Shown: one piece after another, positions 9,703-21,700 of the stretch
Position numbering within the stretch: position 1 is the stretch's first letter
Layout of the letters: the number at the start of each line of letters is the position of its first letter
Source: Naegleria gruberi
Lineage: Eukaryota
Assembly: GCA_000004985.1 (NCBI GenBank)
Contig: GG738914.1
DNA: 64,000 nt
Direction: 5' to 3' (one strand)
Notes under the pieces: model-generated
Seen by the model: the letters and a program-made list of their open reading frames with translations, nothing else
Databases searched by the model: none
What the model was told of the DNA's origin: nothing
Position numbers and translations under genes: made by a program

Positions 9703-12700
9703 TTACAATTCATCTTCTTCAATTTCGATTTCTTCTGTAACAAGGGCAATATCCTTAGGTTTTGGTTCTCGTTTTTGGTAGTGATCATAGGAGGTGGCAG
9801 CACTGTAAGATCTTGGGCTGTCAATGGAAGATTCTTCATCAGTCATTGTGGAATCATTTCTGTTTCTTCCTCCTCTTGGTGACATAGCAATTCTTGAACT
9901 GAGTCTTGACAATGTATTATTGTAAATTTCCACATCCAAATTGTGAGATAATTCCATTTCCTTATCTTGTTTTTCTAGTTTGTCTGTGATCTTGGAAGCT
10001 TTGGAAGTGGTAAACTTTCTTTTAACTTTACCACCTTTTTGTTTAGCCAATCTAATCTTCTTTTTGATACGTCTCAAGTTTACCAATCCTTCCATAATAT
10101 CTCTAATATTCTTACTATTATCCTCATCACTAGAATCAGAATCAGATTCAAAGAGAGTCAAATTAAATTCTACCTTTCTCTTTGAAGTGTTCATTCTAGC
10201 ATAAGCGTCAACATCATCTGGAATAAAGAGTGGATTCTCTTCAACTACCCAATCATCATGGAATTCTTCATAACTATCACATAATGGATTCTCAATAATA
10301 TTCCACTTTTCTTGTGCTTCCTCATCTTCCAATAGTACAACCTTAGTCATTTGAGTTAACGGATTACCAAATAGTTTGGAATATAATGCTTGGAGTGACT
10401 TGGCCTTTTCTTTACCGTACTTTCGTTCCAATTCTCTTCTGGCCAATCTTTCCTTCTTTCTGTCCTTCTTTCTTCTGACATAGATATCATAAATAAGCAT
10501 TCCCAAAACAAGCACTATAGATACTACAATAACAATGGAGGCAATCCATTCACAAAAACCACGCAGGGTTTCATTTCCTTTCCAAGCACCATCATCAACC
10601 AAGAAAAGTAAACCAAAGAACAAAACCAATTCAGTACACACTAGAGAAACCCATTCGAGGAGATTGTGGAATTTGGTCTTGAATGGCACAAACTGTGATT
10701 GCAACAGGAAAGCAATGAATACAGTAATCAGAGCAAAGGTAACAGTTTGAAGAGGAAGTAAGAAGGTGTTGAAGATGGAGAGAAGCAACTTTCTGAAGGT
10801 AATAATAATTTCCCAATAGAAGAGTCTCTTCTTGAATCTGTTTTGGATAAATTTGAATCTCAAATCGAAATCTTTAACTTTCTGTAACAAGACAGGATTC
10901 TTTGGCTTCCATTTGAGTTCGTCCAATTCAGTCTTTGTCAAATCTGGGTTGTGTATCAACAAATCCTTTCTAACTTCCAACTTCAAATGTTTCTTATAAA
11001 TATAGAGCGAGAGGAAGAACAAGATTGAACCGAGACCAAACACGACAAAGTAAATAATAGCTAGAGGTAACATGGCAATCCACTGAGGATCCAAAATACT
11101 GATATCTGGACTCGATACAAGTGCACAAGTATTGTCAGGTTGAGGTGTACAATAGAAAATGTCACTGGCTTGTGAAATGATAAAAGCAAAGGTAAAACTG
11201 AGGAACGCAGTGTAGCCATTGATCAATTGATTGAAGAATACTTTCATTTGTTTGGCGCTCATCTTTTCCTTAAGAAGCCAAACTAAGAAGTTTCGTAACC
11301 AAACAAACAAATTGATAAACCAAATCTTCCAATCATTGAGATTTTCAATGATCCTTCTCTTCAATCTTTGTTTCTTGTTGAGCTTCTTTTCTTCTTCCTT
11401 CTTTTTCAAGTATTCCACTTCATCAATATCGTTGTGATATCTGTACGGTTCACGATATTCAAATTTCACGTGATGTCCAAACTTGCTAACAATAACATTT
11501 CTCAAAATTCCCAAAATATACAACAGCACAAACAGTACAAATACATAAACTGGGAAGAGTGAGGTCAGATACCATTTGGTTAGTTGGTTAATGTCTGGGA
11601 AAATACACTTTGGATTGATAAAGTCAGTATTGAAAAGTGTTGCAGAACTGGCCGTATAGGAATATTCCATTACAACAGGCCACTTGACGTTATATTTGGT
11701 GAACATGGCAACAACTTGGAAGAATGACAGTGCAATAGAAATAGAAGCCAAATGTGAAAGTTTGATACTACTGATCAATAAGAAAATTAAAACTACAACC
11801 AACATGAGTATACCAAATCCAATCAATCTCCAGATAGCATCGTCTCCACATTTAGTACAGAAACCATTGAATTTGTAATAACCAACATCACAAGCTCCAC
11901 ATTTTCCTGATATATATCCAACTGTACAATTTTCAATTGAAAAACCACCACAAGCTTCAATAGGAAGACAACTGTAAACAGTGTAATTGTCATGTTTTCC
12001 CATCCAGTAACCTTTCTTTGGATATGGATGTATGTTGTTTCCAGCGTTACAAATCATAGATTGCTCATTACATTTTACGCAATAGTCATCCAACTTCTTT
12101 GGGCTGGGATTGAGATAATAATTATTTTGACAAATACATTCAGTGAGTGAGGTAGAGGCCTTTTGAAGTGTTAAAGTGTTTACCGGACAAGAAATACATT
12201 CCTTGGCTTGGAAAGATGATGAATAAGTATTAAAATCACATGGAATACAAGCATTACTGTCATTGATTGGTTTGTAGAAACCTGGCTTACATTCTTGACA
12301 TACATCTCTGTAAGAGGAAGCTCCGTAACCAGCCATACATGGAACGTATTCAAACATTGATTTGGCATCACTGGAAAGTTGTAGAGCATTGGTGTTTGAT
12401 GAGCCATTCTTAAATGCAGCATATGTGAATCCTTCTCCATTCAAAGAATACCACTCTCTTCTATTCACAGATAAGGAAATACTTGTCAAACCTTTCTCTC
12501 TCTTTGGAGCTATACACATGATAATATTTTCACTCATCACAGTACAAACATCTGTTGAAATAACAGTTCCAAACATTGCCCTAATCTCTACAGTTGCCAA
12601 TTTTGAAATATTAACTACTTGTGTAATACCCTCAACTTGGAGAGTAACTGGAATGTCATCATAGGTCCAAGTCTTCTTTGGATTGACGTTTAAAACTTTC

Positions 12701-15700
12701 AATCTATCATAAATGTATAAATTATATGAATTACTATACTCTGATCGAGAATTATATAATTGCACATAGAAGGAAGTATCTGCAGAGGTTATAATCTGAG
12801 AAGGAATTTCACAATTGATCTCAGAGGAAACTGAAGTTAATACTTTGGCTACTCTAACAATTTGGTTACTAATACTAAATTGACAACCAACAGCAGCGCC
12901 AAGATTCTCACCTACAATTGTTACACTTGTTGGTATGTTTCTTTCAAGGAGGTATGGTTGAACATTGATAATACGTGGCTCGTCATATTTGCTCTTAATC
13001 AAGATTGGCAAGGAGAATGTATCAATTCCATTGAATGTAACAGTAAATGTTGTTGCAAATGGGAATTCTAATATGGAATAATCAGGAAGTGTATTATTCA
13101 ATGGTGGATAGAGAATGAAAAGTGAAGAGTCCACACATGTGAAAATATCACTTGTTGACAATCCAGAACCTTGATAGAAATTAATAATATTCTGCAAAGA
13201 AAGAGTCAGGGATGAGAATGATGAGCTTGTGGCAATTGTGAATTGCAAATTATTGGTATTGCCACAAGGCAATGCTTGACTAAAGTGTAACATTAAACTG
13301 TTTGGTACAATTGTAAGGATTTGATTCGTCTGAACAAAATCAGGTGTAATATTATCAATACTTGTCAGTTGTCCACCTGAACTGTAAGTTAAAGAGTTTA
13401 CAGTATTGAAGGATGAACCAGAATCAAATGACAATAATAAATCGTAGGAACCAGAAGGTGCATTTCCAGGATTACTCAATTCTACATAGGTTGAGGTAAC
13501 AGAGACCGGTGAGAGTCCTATTTCTTGACCTAAAATAGCTCTTCTTGTAGATTTGAGTTGAAGTTTACCTTGAATCTGTGAGATTACCAATACACTTGAA
13601 AAACTTCCATAAACTTTGATAGTAGGTGTTGATGAAAATACTAAGCTTGGAGAAATGCTGCTGAATGTTGGCATTGGAATTACATTGACAGTTAATGAAC
13701 CTGCTTGGATTGGCTTTTGTTGAGAATAAACAACCACAGAATAAGTTCCTGTTGTAGATGGAGCACTATCAAGACAAAAATCAAGACCACTAATAGAGCA
13801 TGAAGTTAGCCAAGTATCTTGTTTGTTGATTCTCAAGGATACTTGTAAAGGTAGCAATGGAGAATCAACTGAAACACCACTGATTGATACCTTAATTGCT
13901 GATCCAGAAATTGCCTGAGTTGGAGAGATGCTTATTGATGCCAAAACAGCAAAATCTAAATGCAAATTGAAATCTCCAAACGAGTAACCATTATCTAAAG
14001 ATAATTGGAAAGGTATTCTCTTTGGTAGTTGTCCTCCAAATAAGTAAGTGAGTGGAACAGTTGTGAATGTAATCTGATTAGTATTTTGGTTGTAGGTACC
14101 ATCAAGAACTTTGCTATTGATATTATCATTGAGCTTGATCTTTGGTTGTGTATTTCTTGGTAAACCAAGGACATTGATACTGACCAAAGTGGCAGAATAA
14201 ACATCAACTGTTGCAGGAGAGGCAGAACCAATAGATCCAGACCATGAATAAATTTCAACAGTTTGACTGAGAGTAATGTACGAGCTGAAATCATCAAAAC
14301 TAAAATCAACAAATAAGAATCCAGGATTGCTTGACAAGATTGTTGGCAAAGGACAATCAACTTGTGTGGCTGACTTTTTAACACAACCATTTGTTCCTTC
14401 ACTCACCACTAATTGGCTGACTGAACTTCTGTACTTGACAGCAAATGTAACGAGTCTACTGTCAAGAGTAGAAGCAAATGCTATGGACAAAGTACCAGAG
14501 TTTGATGTCTTGCTGGCATCAATAATACTTGGAGAAATACTGGAAACAGCTGAAGGTTTGATTGCTGTGAATAGCGAGATCAGTGTCATACTTGGGAAAC
14601 CATCAATGTAGAGAACGACATAGTACTGCTTGGATGTGCTACTCACTTGTGATTGAACATTTGGTGTAAGGCAGTTCAAGAATTTACCTGAGCTTGTGAG
14701 CAATTGGCAATTTTGGAGTGGTGTCATTATCTTCTTATTGTCAATGAATAATAATGTGAATGAGTATTGACTCATCCAATTACTATTTCCACCATGATTT
14801 ATGGATTTAATGGTGTCAAACATATTTGAATAGGTGAGTGTAACATTTTGTCCTCCATACACTGTGCCGTAAGGTAAACTCAATGGGAATCCAACATCCA
14901 AAACTAATATTTTCTTAATATCAGTAATAAAATTACTGGTTCCATCTATTACTAATTGTACAGAGCTAAATCCCGACTTGGTAGTTTTAGCAAGTTTGCA
15001 TTTAACAACAGTGGATGATATAATGATAGCACTAGTTTGATATGATGTACCGTCATTATCATTTTTAACATAGCAATTGAATGAATATGTAGTATTGAGT
15101 GAATATTTTGACAAGTAAATTGTAATGTAACTATAATCTCTAATACTAATGTCTGAAGTGGTCAGTACAAATGGACTGATCTTTTGAACTGTCAATAAAT
15201 CATAAACTACCAAGGAGTAGGTTTCTACTTGGGTGTTAGATTGAGAAATTTCCTTGTTAGCCACATTCATATAGAAGGAAGTAACAAATGGAACAGATTT
15301 CTTTGGTATGTAATTGGTTGGTGGCGAAAGATTATCAACTGGGCCAACATAAGGTGCCACAAAGTATGGTGCTGAGCTTTGGTCAATTCCAGATAAGATG
15401 GAAACGGATTCATCCTTCATCTGAACTGATATTTGCAAATTCTGTGGACTGAAATCGTAAGGAATAACAAATGTTCCATTGTTGAATACCGAAGCAGCGA
15501 CCATATCCATATTATTTCTGTTTGCAATTGGAGTAGGAACTGGCAACACTGGAATCTTCTTGGCATTTGTTAAGTATTGATAGTTTGAACTTTGATCTGG
15601 AATTCCAAGACGAAGTTCTAACATTTTGTTAACCTTACTAACAGCAGTATCTGTGGAAAAGACACAACTCAAAATATCACTTCCAACAATCTTTGTTACG

Positions 15701-18700
15701 AAAGTGCTAGCCACTACAGATCCATCAAGAGTCAACACGCATTTAACAATGCCTGTTTCCACTACGTCAATGGTGGAAACTGAAACTTGGAAGTCTGGAA
15801 TTGTGTTTACAAGTTGATCATTAATTGTCCACAAGTATGGATTAGTAAAGGATATTGTTTTGACAGTTTCAAAGTAAAGAGCAAATTGGTTACTTGTAAT
15901 CTTGAAAGGAACAGATACAGCTCTGGTAATAGCATAAATATCAAAGAATGTCTTTCTACTACCAGTCAATGAAGGACATGTAACCACATTACCAACCACA
16001 AAGGCATCAACTGCAGTTAGAGCAGATGCTGAACTAATAGCACATTTGTAAACAATATTTTCCATAGAGCCGAACGAATTCAAAGATACCTGAACAGTTT
16101 GAGGAGTATTGAGAGTAAATTGTGGAGTGACTGTGGCAACGCTATAGGTATTTTCGAAATATAAAGTAACTGGAGAGGAGGTAATTGAAGTTTCAGAACC
16201 ATTAGCATAATAGAACAAATCAGCAGATACAGAACCAACCTGTGAATAAGTAATAGAGCAAGTAATTTGATCAACAGTGCTAGATAAAGCTGTAACTGTA
16301 GCTTTGTAAAGTGTAGTTGAAATTTTACAATAAAGATTATTCTTCACAATTGCAGATGGTACAACCAAAGATCCATAATTTAACACAAATGAAACAGATG
16401 AAACAGAATTAACCAGTAAAATATCGGATTGACCACTGGCAATACTGAATGGTATTTTTTTCAATACTTGGAAATTTCCCTTGTTGGCTGTAATATCCAG
16501 AGTGAATGGGAAATTATTTGCTAACAAGTATTTAGTTGACACAGAAACTCTATAGTTACCAGAGTTAGAAAATGTAAATGATGAAGACGAAGAGGTGACG
16601 CCTTGAACTAGATTGTATGGAATATTATTTTCCAATTTCAAATTAAACTCATTATCAAATACAGTGGTAAGATTTGAGTTTGGTCCAAGTGTTAATGAAG
16701 AGGAAAATAATGTAATTACTGATGAAGCAACGCCAACAGTATCGATTACAAACGGTGGATTGACTTGTATAATGTCCACTGGTGAGTAGGGAACAATAGG
16801 AAGGGACAATACCTTTGGTACGGTTTTGATTTCCAAGTTATACTGATAGTACGGCTTGATAATACTGCTAGATCTTAAATCTGGTATTATGCATGAATAG
16901 GTTTGGAATGCAATGAGAGAACAAGTGAAAGCTCTTGTTGGTTCATCAACAAAGCTAACTGAAACGCTAGATTGATCTATGAAGTCAGAGTAGAGTGTAG
17001 CAGTTGTTCCACCAGAATACAGAGCAGTTGTTGGACTCAAGAATGATCCACCAATGACGTTAATAGTAGCATAGGTATTGGTAATGGAAAAATATGGTTT
17101 TCCCTGAAGACTCAAACCAATAGAAAGTTGATATATTCCTGAGTAGTGTTCTATTTCTGTGCAATTGAATACACCTTCGTTGATGATTTTTGCAGGGAAT
17201 ACTCTATTCAAACTTTGGTCTGATACTGAATTCCACACACAACCAAAAGAAGCTTCTCCAAAGTTAGATGATGTATTGAATGCTGTTGTGATAACAATTG
17301 AGAATTGTTTGGATGTTTGAACGCTATACATGGAAACAGATTGTATGTTAACTGTTGGAACTACTGTTAACTCTTGGTCGGTATTCGCAGATAGTACGGA
17401 TTGGAATGTTTTGGAAATTGCTTGTACATTCTCAAAGTAATTGATACTCAAAGTAAGTTTACCATAAATGTTTGAATTTGGAATAAAGGCACAATTAATA
17501 GAAGTCTTTTGAGCTACGGTTATTGTTCCCAAAACATATCCATTTGCATTAGATAGCATACAATAAACTAAATTGTTTGCAATAAGACTGTATGGAATTG
17601 TTTGATTAAAACTGACAGGTACAGAAAAGGAACCACTAACTGCAAACAGATTTGATCCTCCAGTAACTGAAACATTACCCTTTTGTAAATAGTAAACCTC
17701 AGAACTGAGTTTGGTTACCTGCAAAGGAGCTGAGTCGAGTAACAAGTTAGTTACATTGAAGAATGATGCAAATTGGACAACTCCAGCATTAACCTTGGAG
17801 GAAATCATTGGATCCAAATCACACAACAAAAAGTCAGGAGTACTGATAGTTTGACCTTTTGTGAATGGAGCATTTGACAGGGTCATATTTACATCTTTAG
17901 ATGTTAAACACTTCCAATCAATACCTAACAATGAGTCATAGCTATTATGGAATGACAAATAAACTTGTGGACTATTTGACACAGTATCTGATGTAATAAC
18001 TTTTGGATAAACATTGTCAACATTCACAGTTTGATAAGCAACAATCTTGAAACTCAGTGTTGTGAGAGGTTCCTTATAGTTAACACCAGCAATTGTGAAT
18101 GAGGAATAAAGGGTTGCTGTTATGGTCTGAATAGTTTTGGAGAATGAAATAGTTCCAGTAGTGATGGTACAGACAATACGATAGGTGGTCTTTGCAATAT
18201 TGCAACCAATCTCACGATTAGTTCCCTCAAAATTCAAACGTAAGCTGTATGTAAGGAAAGAAGTTTCGGATGGTAATGACATAAAGCTATCCTTGGAAAT
18301 AATCTTGAAAGAAATGGTAGGTAATTGAGTCGATTCAATATAATTTGGAGTTGGTTTGATTGTATCAAAAGGTAGTTTGAGTGGAGTTTTAGAAATATCC
18401 AATTGGAACGTTTTGGATGTTGTGGTATCCTTTGTCATTTCTAAAGTTATATTCCTTTCTGATGGACTGTTGATTCCTGTGAAGAGTGTGGATCTTGAAG
18501 ATATTTCACATCTAACCATATCATCTGAGAGAATTGTAGAATCGTAAAGAGTACTGCCAATTCTGCACTTGTACTGGATATTGGTTCTTCTTGTAGCATC
18601 AAAAGTCACTCCCAAAAATACGTATTTGAGATCAGTTGTGTCAGTTGCATAATCCAAGATAGAAGGGAAAGACTCTGCGATACTCAAATATTTGGTTACA

Positions 18701-21700
18701 AAATAGAATGATGTAGAAACAGCAATAATATCAGTTTGCATAGACCCATACGTGATGGAAATACTTGGTGAAATCAGCATTGGTGAATATTTGCCTTGTG
18801 CGTATGGTATTGAAGGATTGTACTGAATTGTCATTTGGCAATTAGAGTCAATTACTATTGGGAAAGTTGAAACTAGAATTTTGTCTTCATAATTTTTGAG
18901 TGTTGCACTTTGAATAGCCAAACAATTGAATTTGGCCTTATTTAGCTTGAAATTGTTAATTGTAAACGATTGGGTACTTTGCACAAAGAGCGCACCACTG
19001 GAATCCAAAGTGTCAATAGTAATGGAGTCACTGGCTATTGGCAATAAATAAGATGAAGTAATAGGTATTCTAGAAATTCCATTAAATACATAAATTCCAA
19101 AATCAGCATAGAAAATTCCATTTTCCAAAACTGGATTATTCAATGTAATATCAATGCTACACACAAAAGTTGATAAAGCAGGAGAATATGTAGCAGTAAA
19201 GAATTGTCCATTCAAGAGGCAGTAATAATTCCAAGTTGCTTCTAAAGTATTATTCTTTGTTGTTTGTACGGATAGTTGCCCACTAACACGACCTGCAATT
19301 GACTGAAGAATATTAGGTGAAGTGGTAATTATACTTTCCTTTACACCATGATAGTAAACAACATTATAAATTGGAATTGACTTGGTCATAACACTTTCCT
19401 TCACTCTAATAACAACTGAGTTTTGTCTTGGAGATGTTACTGGAGGGAATGAAACAGTACAATTGAGAGAATTACCATTAAACGAAGCACTTGAAATACT
19501 TCCATCTACGGAAACACAAGAGTACGAATATTGGGCACCAGAGAATTTGAATTTGAGATAAATTGACAATGTAGAAGAGCCAACATCATTAGTAACAAAA
19601 AATGGTGAACCAATAACATTAGTTGAACTAATCATATCAAAACCAAGTGACTTTCCAACACGGTAGGTTCCTATGTTTTGTCTGGATGCTGTTCTTCCCT
19701 TATATTTGAGCTCCAATACGTAGGAACCAGCATCTGTTGCATTGATATTGCCACACGTTACCAGAGAGCTGGTTTGAGAAACAGCTTGAATACTCTGTAC
19801 ATTAGCACTGAATTGATTGAGAGTACCATCAGAGGTAGCCAAACATTGAAAATTAGATACATTAGAAGGCAACACATTTTGAATAAGCAAGCTGAATATC
19901 AACCCACTAGATGATCCAGTATTTTCAATAGTGAAACTAGGATACTGATATGAAATAGTTGCATCGCTGTTAAGAACAATGAAATCCAAAGAATAATCCA
20001 ATATTTTGGCCTTAATTATTCCAAAACTATTTGATAGCAATCCTGCAGGAATTGGAGCCACTACCCTAGTTGGATATCCTGGATAGGCAGTGTAATATGA
20101 GAGTGCTGTCCATGAAGAGCCTAAAAGCAAGTAGACTTGGCTTCTCAAAGAAAAAGGCAAGTCATACTTGATTTCTACTGAATCAGAGTCACTAGAAGGC
20201 ATTATATTGCTATCAGATCTGAGTTTCAAATCACCCACATAGGTATTAGTGAAATTGAACAGTGAAAAAGTTGCTGATTGTCTATCTTTGTAAGCCAATG
20301 TGAGATTTCCATTGTTGCTAATATTCATAGCTGTTGAATTGAATGAGAAAGTACAATTAAAAGTGATATCAAATACATTTTCATCAGTATCAGAAGTTAC
20401 TCGAGAGGCATAAAGGAATACTCCCTTAAATGATACTGAAGATGAACTGGTTCTGTAAATACAATGTAAAGCATTTTGGTAAGTGGTAATACTAACTGAA
20501 GTAGCATCGAATTTTGATCTAACAGTAAACTGAAGAGTGGAATTATTTGGATCTATGATAGCATACAAGTTATCTGGAAACTTTGAAGTCACCTGAGAGG
20601 GTGATGGAACTCCAAGTTCACAATTTCTTCCAGTTCTCAAATTTAAACAAGCACAATCGTTGGTTACAGGTGTACCAGAAATGAAACACGAACAATATCC
20701 GAAATCACCACAAATACCTCTTCCTGAACATGCATTTTCGTCTTTCTCAAGCAGTCCATAACAAATTTTCTGGTCACAGAATTGGCCACCGAAAAAAGTG
20801 TTTGTACAGACGCACACATCTTTTGCAACACAATTACCTCTAAGATTGCAAACAGTTCCATCAATGGAGAGAATACCATTACAAGTAGTGAATTTACACG
20901 CATTATCGGCAGGGTCATTATAAAAATTAGGGTTACAAACACAAAGATTGTCACCAGGGAGCTTTTCTGTTCCAGGAACAACAGTACAGTTACCATTAAC
21001 ACATCCATTAATCATACCATGACAATAAACATCTTGGCAATAATTACCACCAAACTTGTAACCATACTGGCATGTGCACTTCTCTGGTTCATTACAGCTA
21101 CCTCTTCCATTACACACTAAAGGATCATCAAATGGCAATCCACCACACATTCTTTTACAAGTAGATCCTCCATATCCAGTATCACAAAATTCACAATTAG
21201 TGCCATAAGAATGAGGAGTAGTACAGGAGCAAGTATCAAACGAAACACATGAGCCTCTCCCTGAGCAAACACTAGAATTCTTACCAGATACGCCAAAGCA
21301 AAAGGTACTTGGTGTAGCTAGTATTCCAATTTCGTTATCAGTTAACACTCTGTCGAAAATAACAAATTCGTCGATTGCTCCAGTCACCTTATCGAGGAAG
21401 AATGTTACATTTCCTGATCCTGGAGATCTCAAATTTCCAATAGTGAGAGTACCATTTGGTGGAATTTTTTGGCCCTTCTTGTAATCCAGTTTGAAATCCT
21501 TCAATGTTCCATCAATATAGAGTTTGAGAAGTCCACTATCAGAACTCCAAGATACTGCAACATGACGCCAAGTTTTACTATTGATGTTTACAGTTGTATC
21601 CCATGAATTAGAGGCAGTAAACAAATATCTCAATACGTGTGGTTCATTAATAGAAACTTTCAAGCTTCGATAGTCAGTAAGAACGAATCCAAAATATGTA

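Noticed and set aside
10535-21120. Numerous 60-135-aa ORFs on both strands inside the giant gene. Examples are 10535..10750, 12180..12440, 13995..14402, 14276..14611 and 20782..21120.
   Set aside because: They lie inside or antisense to a single uninterrupted 12-kb coding frame with clear domain content. They are expected by chance in a long exon.
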